Source of the DNA: Nitrospirota bacterium
GTDB taxonomy: Bacteria; Nitrospirota; 9FT-COMBO-42-15; HDB-SIOI813
Assembly: GCA_023248395.1 (NCBI GenBank)
Contig: JAHFEQ010000005.1
Span: 1 to 42,237, forward strand
Direction of reading: 5' to 3'
DNA: 42,237 nt
Below, one piece after another: positions 27,897 through 35,687 of the stretch (the stretch's first letter is position 1; each line of letters starts with the position of its first letter). The position numbers and the translations under genes are program-made. Under the pieces are notes generated by a model that did not search any database, was not told the origin of the DNA, and saw nothing but the letters and a program-made list of their open reading frames with translations.

Positions 27897-29306
27897 TTAA
27901 AAAGACTCTACGATACTCTTAAGTTCTTTTTCAAAGCCATAAGAGTCTTTATTCGTAAGGCCACCAAGATATATTAATGCACTCTTTTCAGAGGGTTCGA
28001 TCTTAATCCACAGCCTCCGGTGAAATATGAAAAAGGATATAAAAAGTCCCGCCATCAGTAGTCCGCTTCCGATCCAGACCAGATTAACTCCAGGGTCCTT
28101 TGCCATCTGAAGACCTGAGTATTGGGGAGATCTGTAATCGGCTAAGATAAAATCAAATTTTGATTTCTCTATAGGGAACATGTTGTGCAATTTTGGATCA
28201 TAGAATAGCCATGGTGTCGCTATGAGGTTTCCGTCCTCCACAATTTCAAGTTGAACCGCTGGATTCTCATGTTCAGGTGACTTAGCATATACCTGTTTTC
28301 TCTGGGCGTCATAGGCGAAGTGGGATACAAAATTGGTAACGTTCAACCGCAAGCCAGTTCCCTTTATCTCCTTCTCCTTCCTGAAGTCAAGGGCTTCTTC
28401 AACTACTATTTTCCCGCTCTTTTTATCTATGATACGGATAAGCGCCTTATCAACCCTGTCCCATGCCAGTCCATAGCTGCTTTGGTAAAACCAGAAGCCT
28501 TTATATTGCAGGGGATCATTGACCTGGATGGTCTTCGTCATCATCTTCTTACCATGATCTACTACAGATAACTTGCTAAAATAATCTTTTATACTGCCGT
28601 TCTCATTATAGTCTATCCAGAATTTATCCAGAGACACATAGAAGTCTCCCTGAGGGACATAGAGAGGTTGACCTTCATAGACAGGGTAGAAGCTCCTGAA
28701 CCCAATCGCACTACTGACCACAGTCCCCGTAAGGATGATAAATATACTGATATGCGTTATTGTAGAGCCCAGTCTCCCTATTCTTCCTTTAGCGGCAAAG
28801 ATTGAGATGTCTTCAGCACTATTTTCTGGGGGGTTATTTTCTACCCAGAGCTTATATTTGTGCCCCTTTAATAGAGATGCAATCTTATGTTTAGCCTCTT
28901 CAGCATTGCCCTGAAATTTGATTATGGTACAGTTTTTGAGATTCTGGACAAGGTTATGCGTAAAATCACAGTCGACTACATAATAGGCCCTCCATATAGA
29001 GGGCAGCCTCTTTGAGAGACAGACTGCGAGGTTTGTGGCCAGAAGGGCCAGTAAGAGGGTAAACCACCAGCTATGATATAGATTGGTAAGGTTGAAGAGA
29101 TTGATCCAGTAGTACCACTTCTCCCCATACCGTTCTATATATTCCTGCGGGTCAAGCCCCTGTTCTATTACGGTTCCCAGGATGGAGCCGGTTGCCAAAA
29201 GGAAGAAGACTACGACTGCTAACTTGACCGAACTGAAGAAGTCATAGACTTTTAAATAGACCCCCCTCTGCCTGGATCCTACTTCTGTCTGTGCTGCTGT
29301 CTCCAC
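27897..29306 (-). CDS. resB: System II cytochrome c biogenesis protein ResB/CcsB
   Basis: SSVKLA..GTVIEQ, YHSWWF, THIS, VNDPL..FYQSSY, DPG..VWIG. Confidence 0.92.
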   Translation of the reverse strand: METAAQTEVGSRQRGVYLKVYDFFSSVKLAVVVFFLLATGSILGTVIEQGLDPQEYIERYGEKWYYWINLFNLTNLYHSWWFTLLLALLATNLAVCLSKRLPSIWRAYYVVDCDFTHNLVQNLKNCTIIKFQGNAEEAKHKIASLLKGHKYKLWVENNPPENSAEDISIFAAKGRIGRLGSTITHISIFIILTGTVVSSAIGFRSFYPVYEGQPLYVPQGDFYVSLDKFWIDYNENGSIKDYFSKLSVVDHGKKMMTKTIQVNDPLQYKGFWFYQSSYGLAWDRVDKALIRIIDKKSGKIVVEEALDFRKEKEIKGTGLRLNVTNFVSHFAYDAQRKQVYAKSPEHENPAVQLEIVEDGNLIATPWLFYDPKLHNMFPIEKSKFDFILADYRSPQYSGLQMAKDPGVNLVWIGSGLLMAGLFISFFIFHRRLWIKIEPSEKSALIYLGGLTNKDSYGFEKELKSIVESF

Positions 29307-29366
29307 CTATGTGGTTACCTTACACCTTATCTTTCGTCTCATCGTATTCTCTATTAGAGTAGGTTT

Positions 29367-29395
29367 AGGATAAACTATGCCGGGTATATTGTCAA
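29367..29395 (-). promoter_or_regulatory. Putative sigma70 promoter of the resB run
   Basis: Minus strand TTGACA-N17-TATCCT. Confidence 0.55.
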
Positions 29396-29413
29396 GAAAA
29401 CGAATATCTGTTA

Positions 29414-29614
29414 CTGTAATCCCTCACGGACGGGTGGGGCCGTTGCCCCTTCGCTCCTGGCCTTCGCAGTTGACCTATCTTAAGTCTCGCAGGCGGGGAA
29501 GCCTTCCAGCCTCTAAAGGGCTGGCTTTCCTCCGCCTGCTCGCCTTGATAGGTACCCAACTGCTCCCGGCAAGTCGCTCAGAGGCAACGGCCCCACCCGT
29601 CCGTGAGGGATTAC
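29414..29614. mobile_element. MITE/REPIN-like 201-bp rod-shaped palindromic element
   Basis: Perfect 32-bp IR 29416-29447/29583-29614, further nested stems, flanked by 7-bp direct repeat TCTGTTA (29407-29413, 29615-29621). Confidence 0.75.
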
Positions 29615-29653
29615 TCTGTTATGCTACAAAAAAAGATCATGAGGGCTTGAGTT

Positions 29654-30661
29654 GTGAAGATAGACCGTAATCGTATTATGACCGTTTTTCTACTTGCTAT
29701 CTCGGTCCTTAGCCTGTATGGTATTCATCTCATATTCCGGCCTTTCTATAAGTCCATACTCTGGGCTGTCATCATAGGGGTTACATTCTGGCCCATCTAT
29801 GCTTGGATGCGCGGTCTCCTTAGGGGGCGCTCATCGCTCAGTTCCTTAATTGCTGTTGGAAGTATTATACTCTTTTTCCTTATTCCGGCCATTCTGGTGG
29901 TGAGGTCTCTGGTTGACCAGATCGCTTATGCCTATAATGCGGTGCTACCTCTCATACCAGAGCTCATGGATAGGGTATCACACCTTATCCCTCTCAGAGA
30001 TGAGACACTCAAAGAAACGATAATCAGCAACCTTCAAGATTTTGGAAAGGTGATAATCACCTATCTAAGTTCGGCCACAGGAAATATCCTGTCGATTATA
30101 TTCCAGTTTGCGGTTGCTGTTCTGCTGCTCTTTTTTATCTTTAGAGATGGGGAGGGCCTGCTTGAGAAGATAAAGGGGGCTGCCCTGATACCGCATCGGG
30201 ACATAGATGTCTTTATAAGGGAGACAGGTGTGGTCATCAGGGCTGTAATCTATGGAGTGATTATTACGGCAATGGTTCAGGGGGTATTAGGCGGGATCGG
30301 ATTCTGGATACTCGGCCTTCCGGCACCCGTGCTCTTTGGAACCATCATGTTTATCCTGGCGCTCATCCCCTTTGGCGGTACTCCTATGGTGTGGTTACCT
30401 GCTGCCTTATGGCTTCTCTATAACGGTATGATCGGAAAGGGGGTATTCCTTATCTTATGGGGTGTGCTTGTGATTAGTATGATAGATAATTTTCTGAGGC
30501 CGTACTTTATCGGCAAGAAGTTGGGATTTCATGGGGTATTGACATTCATCGGGATAGTTGGTGGTATGATGGCCTTTGGATTTCTCGGGGTTTTCTTAGG
30601 TCCTTTCCTCTTAGCCATCTCTATACGGTTATTTGAAATGTACCTGAAGGTGGAAGCGTAA
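29654..30661 (+). CDS. AI-2E family transporter
   Basis: Multi-TM; FFIFRDG, QGVLGGIGF, IDNFLRP, FGFLGVFLGP. Confidence 0.93.
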   Translation: MKIDRNRIMTVFLLAISVLSLYGIHLIFRPFYKSILWAVIIGVTFWPIYAWMRGLLRGRSSLSSLIAVGSIILFFLIPAILVVRSLVDQIAYAYNAVLPLIPELMDRVSHLIPLRDETLKETIISNLQDFGKVIITYLSSATGNILSIIFQFAVAVLLLFFIFRDGEGLLEKIKGAALIPHRDIDVFIRETGVVIRAVIYGVIITAMVQGVLGGIGFWILGLPAPVLFGTIMFILALIPFGGTPMVWLPAALWLLYNGMIGKGVFLILWGVLVISMIDNFLRPYFIGKKLGFHGVLTFIGIVGGMMAFGFLGVFLGPFLLAISIRLFEMYLKVEA

Positions 30662-32716
30662 ATGGAATATAAATATACCAACCGGTTAACCCATGAGACA
30701 AGCCCCTATCTCCTTCAACACGCCCACAATCCGGTAGACTGGTATCCCTGGTGTGAAGAGGCCTTCCGAAAGGCGCGTGAGGAGGACAAGCCTATCTTCC
30801 TCAGCATCGGGTATTCTGCCTGTCACTGGTGTCATGTCATGGAAGAGGAATCTTTTGAGAATGTAGAGATTGCAACCCTGATGAATAAAAACTTTATCAA
30901 TATAAAGGTTGACAGGGAGGAGAGACCCGATATTGACGATGTCTATCAGTATGCCTTACAGCTCTTCGGCGGAAGTGGCGGCTGGCCCCTGACGATCTTC
31001 CTGACCCCTGAAGGCAAGCCCTTTTTTGGCGGAACTTACTTTCCCCCTCGTGAAAGGCAAGGCCTTAAAGGTCTTCCGGAGATCCTTCTTGCGGTGGCAG
31101 AGGCCTATCGTAACAGGAAGAAGGGGATAGAGGCAACAGCGTCAGAGGTTAAGAGTGTTCTGGTCAGGATTACAGACAAGGTCCCATCGGGTGGAGAGAT
31201 AAACCTTGCAGATATAGACAATGCCTCATCACGACTCCTCAGATATTATGACCCATCTCACGGTGGTTTCAGTACAGCGCCAAAGTTCCCAAGTCCTACT
31301 CAGCTATCACTCCTTCTCATCTACTATAAAAGAACCGGTGATCCACTGGCCATAGAGGCTATAGCAAATACCCTGCGCAATATGGCAGAAGGAGGGATAT
31401 GCGATCAGTTAGGCGGCGGATTTCATCGCTACACGGTGGACGAGCGATGGATGATACCCCACTTTGAAAAGATGCTCTATGATAATGCCCTCTTATCTAA
31501 GGTCTATCTCGATGCCTACAGGGTGACCAGAGACACCCTTTTTAAAAATGTTGCAGAGGAGACCTTAAACTATCTCCTGCGCGAGATGCATCACCCTGAC
31601 GGAGGATTTTATTCCTCCCAGGATGCGGACAGTGAAGGAGTAGAGGGGAAGTTTTTTGTATGGTCCAGGGAAGAGATAGAATCTATCCTCGGAAAAGACG
31701 CGAAAATGGTTTGTCGCTTCTATGGTGTTACTGATGAAGGGAACTTTGAGGGGAGGAATGTGTTACATGTAGACCGTGGGCTGAAGGCCCTCTCCCATGA
31801 GTTTGGGCTTTCAGAGGAGGAGATCCGGAATACCGTCGGGAGGGGAAGGGAGAGGTTATTCGCCTGCAGGGAGCAGAGGGTTCGGCCCTTCCGGGATACG
31901 AAGATTATAGCGGGATGGAATGGGCTTGTGATATCTGCACTGATCGCTGCATTCCAGGCAAGCGGGAGGGACTCCTATCTCGATGCGGCAAAGAGCTCAA
32001 TCGGGTTTATAAAGTCCAGCTTGTATAGAGATAGCGTCCTTCTCCATGTGTGGAAGGATGGGGTGGCTAAGGTGCGTGGGGACCTCAGCGACTACGCATT
32101 TGTGACTGCCGCAGCGATTGATATGTTTGAGACTACCTTTGATGAGGGATACCTGTTATGGGCAGAGAGTCTTACGAAATCCTTGATAGACCTTTTCCGG
32201 GACAGGGAGCGGGGTGGTTTTTATGACACGGCAGGAGGCGATGATATACTTTTTCACAGGTTAAAAACAGGAAATGATCATCCGCTTCCATCCGGTAATG
32301 CTGTGGTGACAACAAACCTGCTCAAGCTTTCCTACTATAGAGATAATAGAGAATATCGTACCATGGCTGAACAAGTGATTCGGTTGTTTTATGATGACGC
32401 GATAGAAACACCATTCAATTACTCAGCCCTCCTCTCATCTGTTTATCTCTATATTGAAGGGGGCAAGGAGATCACAGTCGTTGGAGGCAGGGATAGTGAG
32501 GAGATCAGAACGTTCTTACAGAGACTTGGTGAGAGGTATCTCCCCAACAAGGTGATCTATCTGACAGATATCCATAAGGTTGCAGAGGACCGATCTATAC
32601 CCGCATTTGCCAGAGGGAAGTTATCGAAGGAGGGAAGGGTTACTGTCTATATATGCCAGAAATTCACATGCTCACAGCCGCTTACAGAATGGGAGGACAT
32701 AGAAAGATTCCTTTAG
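30662..32716 (+). CDS. YyaL/SSP411 thioredoxin-domain protein
   Basis: [49 protein letters not shown]. Confidence 0.94.
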   Translation: MEYKYTNRLTHETSPYLLQHAHNPVDWYPWCEEAFRKAREEDKPIFLSIGYSACHWCHVMEEESFENVEIATLMNKNFINIKVDREERPDIDDVYQYALQLFGGSGGWPLTIFLTPEGKPFFGGTYFPPRERQGLKGLPEILLAVAEAYRNRKKGIEATASEVKSVLVRITDKVPSGGEINLADIDNASSRLLRYYDPSHGGFSTAPKFPSPTQLSLLLIYYKRTGDPLAIEAIANTLRNMAEGGICDQLGGGFHRYTVDERWMIPHFEKMLYDNALLSKVYLDAYRVTRDTLFKNVAEETLNYLLREMHHPDGGFYSSQDADSEGVEGKFFVWSREEIESILGKDAKMVCRFYGVTDEGNFEGRNVLHVDRGLKALSHEFGLSEEEIRNTVGRGRERLFACREQRVRPFRDTKIIAGWNGLVISALIAAFQASGRDSYLDAAKSSIGFIKSSLYRDSVLLHVWKDGVAKVRGDLSDYAFVTAAAIDMFETTFDEGYLLWAESLTKSLIDLFRDRERGGFYDTAGGDDILFHRLKTGNDHPLPSGNAVVTTNLLKLSYYRDNREYRTMAEQVIRLFYDDAIETPFNYSALLSSVYLYIEGGKEITVVGGRDSEEIRTFLQRLGERYLPNKVIYLTDIHKVAEDRSIPAFARGKLSKEGRVTVYICQKFTCSQPLTEWEDIERFL

Positions 32717-32903
32717 CCAGGCGCTTGGCCATGTTATTGACTTTCTCTGGGTTTTTCGCAAAAACATGAATTTTTTGTTGGAAAAAATATTTTATGTATG
32801 TTATAAGGTTTTCCGATGCCGTTGTCCGCCATCCAGTCATTGCATTTGAGAAAAAGTTCCTTAAAAAATCTTTTTATTAAAACATTAAGGAGGAAGGGTA
32901 ATT

Positions 32904-34016
32904 ATGAAGAAGGGTATGGATATGTTAATTTTGCTGTGTGCCATCTTGTTGTTAAGCATCCCCTGCCCCCGTAGCTATGCTTTTGAGCTTAAAGGGTTTG
33001 GCAGCGTTACATTCACCAAGAGCACAGATGGCGCTGAAGAGTTTCGCCATGGCGACTTTGCCGTTGGTGCAGTTGACCTCTTCCTTGCCGAATCGCTGGA
33101 GGATATAGAAGTCCTGTCGGAAATTGCTTTGGAAAATGGAGTTATTGACGTAGAAAGGTTTACTATCGGATACACCTTCAGTGATGCCCTGAGAGTTCGG
33201 GCAGGGCGTTTTCATACCCCGCTGGGTCTCTGGAATATCACCTATCATCATGGGGCACAGATTCAACCGACAATCGATAGACCGGAGTTCCTGAAGTTTG
33301 AAGATGATGGCGGCATACTGCCTACCCATGTTGTTGGGGTCTATCTTTCCGGACGGGCCAGTACCGGAGTGGGAACAGTGGAATATGGAGCCGCGTTGGG
33401 CAATGGCCCCAAAATCACGTCAGAAAAGGGCGTTAATATACTCAGCCCCAACAATATTGAAGACAATAACATAGGCAAGGGATTAGCCTTTAATGCGGCC
33501 CTGTCACCAGAACTGGTACATGGGCTTAAGGTAAGTATGTCAGGACATATCGCAGAGATAAAGGACGATGGTTCAGTGATCGATGCTGATAATGCAGACG
33601 GGGATAATAAGCCGGCAACTGGTGCAGATACAGTACAAGTGGACCAGACCATACTGAATATGTCCCTGATGTATTCAATAGCCGATATAGACTTCACAGG
33701 GGAGTATTTTTCCATAAAGGATAAAGATGCGGCTGCAACGAATCTCGGGTCCTTTACAAATAAAGCCTATTATGGACTGATCAGATATACCTGGAAAGAT
33801 AAATGGGTCCCCTATTTTTTATTGGAGCATCAGTCGGTTAAGGAGAATGATCCTTACCTGATTTCACTCGGAAAGAATTTTGATTCTACTGAATCTATCC
33901 TGGGGCTCAGGTATAACATAAATTACAGGAGTTGTGTTAAAGGGGAAGCCAGATCTGTTAAACAGGGCAGTGATAACTGGATGGAATATGCCGTTCAATG
34001 GGCGCTTGCATTCTAA
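32904..34016 (+). CDS. Putative outer-membrane beta-barrel (porin-like) protein
   Basis: Signal peptide, alternating amphipathic strands, GRFHTPLG, C-terminal QWALAF. Confidence 0.75.
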   Translation: MKKGMDMLILLCAILLLSIPCPRSYAFELKGFGSVTFTKSTDGAEEFRHGDFAVGAVDLFLAESLEDIEVLSEIALENGVIDVERFTIGYTFSDALRVRAGRFHTPLGLWNITYHHGAQIQPTIDRPEFLKFEDDGGILPTHVVGVYLSGRASTGVGTVEYGAALGNGPKITSEKGVNILSPNNIEDNNIGKGLAFNAALSPELVHGLKVSMSGHIAEIKDDGSVIDADNADGDNKPATGADTVQVDQTILNMSLMYSIADIDFTGEYFSIKDKDAAATNLGSFTNKAYYGLIRYTWKDKWVPYFLLEHQSVKENDPYLISLGKNFDSTESILGLRYNINYRSCVKGEARSVKQGSDNWMEYAVQWALAF

Positions 34017-34044
34017 TATGCCTGGGGACAGATTAATAAAGGTT

Positions 34045-34113
34045 GATTACAGAGATGTAGTAAAAGATTCCAGTGATTAATTTCTGCAATCTTCTTAAAA
34101 AATCTCTGGAATC
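34045..34113. repeat. Four ~13-bp units (two forward, two inverted) forming nested inverted repeats
   Basis: GATTACAGAGAT 34045, GATTCCAGTGATT 34066, AATTTCTGCAATC 34079, AATCTCTGGAATC 34101. Confidence 0.55.
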
Positions 34114-34138
34114 ATATAAAAAAATGGGAGGTAGGATT

Positions 34139-34588
34139 ATGAACAATATGGTGAAATGGGGGTTAGGGATAGGGATCCTGGTGTTGCTGTTGTGGGGGAA
34201 TGCCTATGCTACGGCGAGAGAAATTGCGATCATCTCTAGTAAAGACTATCCATCAAATACCATTACAGCGGATAAGGTCAAGGAGGTCTATCTTGGGGAG
34301 AAGATGTCTGAGGGGAGCGTCAAGATAAAACCTATGGAGCATAACGATGAGGCGATCAAAAAGAAGTTTATAGAGAATGTCCTGGGCACCTCAATTGATC
34401 GTTATAAGGCATACTGGATCAAGAAGTTTTTCCAGGAAGGGATTACGCCCCCTACGAACAAGGTATCGTCTTCAGAGTTAATCCATGCGGTCAGTCAGAC
34501 GAGCGGAGGGATAGGTTATGTGTGGGCGGATGAGGTTAAAGGTGATACAGGGTTCAAGGTGCTGCTTAGGGTTGAGGTTGGCGATTAA
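34139..34588 (+). CDS. Small exported PstS-like/type II periplasmic-binding domain protein
   Basis: GGAGG SD before ATG 34139, signal peptide, EVYLG, AYWIK..F..G..PP, GGIGYV. Confidence 0.75.
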   Translation: MNNMVKWGLGIGILVLLLWGNAYATAREIAIISSKDYPSNTITADKVKEVYLGEKMSEGSVKIKPMEHNDEAIKKKFIENVLGTSIDRYKAYWIKKFFQEGITPPTNKVSSSELIHAVSQTSGGIGYVWADEVKGDTGFKVLLRVEVGD

Positions 34589-34615
34589 GGATATTATCAG
34601 GCAAAGGACAAGACC

Positions 34616-35515
34616 TCAACCATAGATTTCCGTAGGTATATCTGTGATCTCCTCTACTTTTTTGGCTATAAGGGTTAGTTCCTTTTCAGCGAGTGGGGTA
34701 ACATAGGACTCAGCGGGTGGCCTTGCAACTGTATAAATTTGGACAAGGCGTATCTTCCCTCCACTCTCTGATATCTCTTTAAGTAAAAGAGAGTAGCGCT
34801 CTATCTCATCCGGAGGTGGAGTAATCCCATCGATGTTATTAAAACAACTCTGAATAATAATAGGATGTCTTTGTGCGGTGAGTATTAAATTACGGACTAT
34901 GTCCTGCAACGGTACGTTGGTGCGAGAAACTTCTCTATAGTAGGCATCACTCCCTGCATCGAGTTTTGCCCAGACCTCGCCATTATGCTGATACATCAGG
35001 TCAATAGCATGCTGGACCTTTGGACGGTTGAGGCCAGAGGCATTGGTTATCAGTACAATGGGGAAGTTTCCCTTAATCCTTAGGACCTCTTCGACCACCT
35101 CATAGAAATAGGGGGATGTAGTCGGTTCGCCATCTCCGGATATGGCGATATCCGATAGATGCCTTAGTTCAGCAGGTATCCTGTCAAAAGGGGAGAGAGA
35201 GGATATCCGGCCTGTCTTGACTAAATCTAAGGTCTCTTTTAATTCATGGCATATATGCTGCAGAAAAGGGGACAGATTTATTTTCGGCTCAGCCGAAAAT
35301 AAATCTGTCCCCTTTTCTGCAGGGCCGCTTCTATCTACCTGGCAATAGATACAATTAAAGTTACATACCATATCCGGATTCAGGTTTATACCTATAGAGA
35401 TACCCCTTGACCTCCTCGAAAGGACAGGATATACATATTGATTTTCTTTAAATGAGCGGCTGTGACTTGTATAAGGCATGACATCAGGATAGCCTGGGGA
35501 GACTGGAGATGTCAA
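34616..35515 (-). CDS. Radical SAM protein (start may be ATG 35479)
   Basis: VLSRRSRG.SIG.N, CNFNCIYC, SGDGEPT, ITN, KLDAG. Confidence 0.9.
   Translation of the reverse strand: MTSPVSPGYPDVMPYTSHSRSFKENQYVYPVLSRRSRGISIGINLNPDMVCNFNCIYCQVDRSGPAEKGTDLFSAEPKINLSPFLQHICHELKETLDLVKTGRISSLSPFDRIPAELRHLSDIAISGDGEPTTSPYFYEVVEEVLRIKGNFPIVLITNASGLNRPKVQHAIDLMYQHNGEVWAKLDAGSDAYYREVSRTNVPLQDIVRNLILTAQRHPIIIQSCFNNIDGITPPPDEIERYSLLLKEISESGGKIRLVQIYTVARPPAESYVTPLAEKELTLIAKKVEEITDIPTEIYG
35258..35322. repeat. Perfect 65-bp palindrome (REP doublet-like) inside the radical SAM CDS
   Basis: CTGCAGAAAAGGGGACAGATTTATTTTCGGCT-C-AGCCGAAAATAAATCTGTCCCCTTTTCTGCAG; 32-bp arms are exact reverse complements. Confidence 0.9.
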
Positions 35516-35526
35516 GGTTCTATGAC

Positions 35527-35687
35527 CTAATACGAACGCAATAAATGTCTTTATACTGCGTTGGACTCCTCGGAAAATCCTCGACGTACCTCAAAAAGTA
35601 CGCCTGCAGTTTTCCTCGTCGTCCGCCTTGTCTAAAGCCATTTCTTACGTTCGTATGATGTCACTTTAGTTAATGCGTTTGTATTAG
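35527..35687. mobile_element. 161-bp MITE-like element with 18-bp TIRs and an internal rod hairpin
   Basis: CTAATACGAACGCAATAA / TTAATGCGTTTGTATTAG (16/18 match); nested stems ATACGAACG/CGTTCGTAT, GGAC/GTCC, GGAAAA/TTTTCC, CGTAC/GTACG. Confidence 0.65.

Noticed and set aside
29414-29614. 6S RNA or riboswitch
   Set aside because: Size fits 6S, but there is no large central bubble, and the perfect 32-bp terminal IR plus flanking direct repeat favour a mobile element; an Rfam search is still needed
29377-29670. 97-aa ORF across the palindromic element
   Set aside because: Arises from a GC-rich repeat, overlaps the resB promoter, and has no protein-like features
32717-32903. Possible riboswitch upstream of the porin-like gene
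   Set aside because: No recognisable aptamer motif; looks like AT-rich promoter DNA
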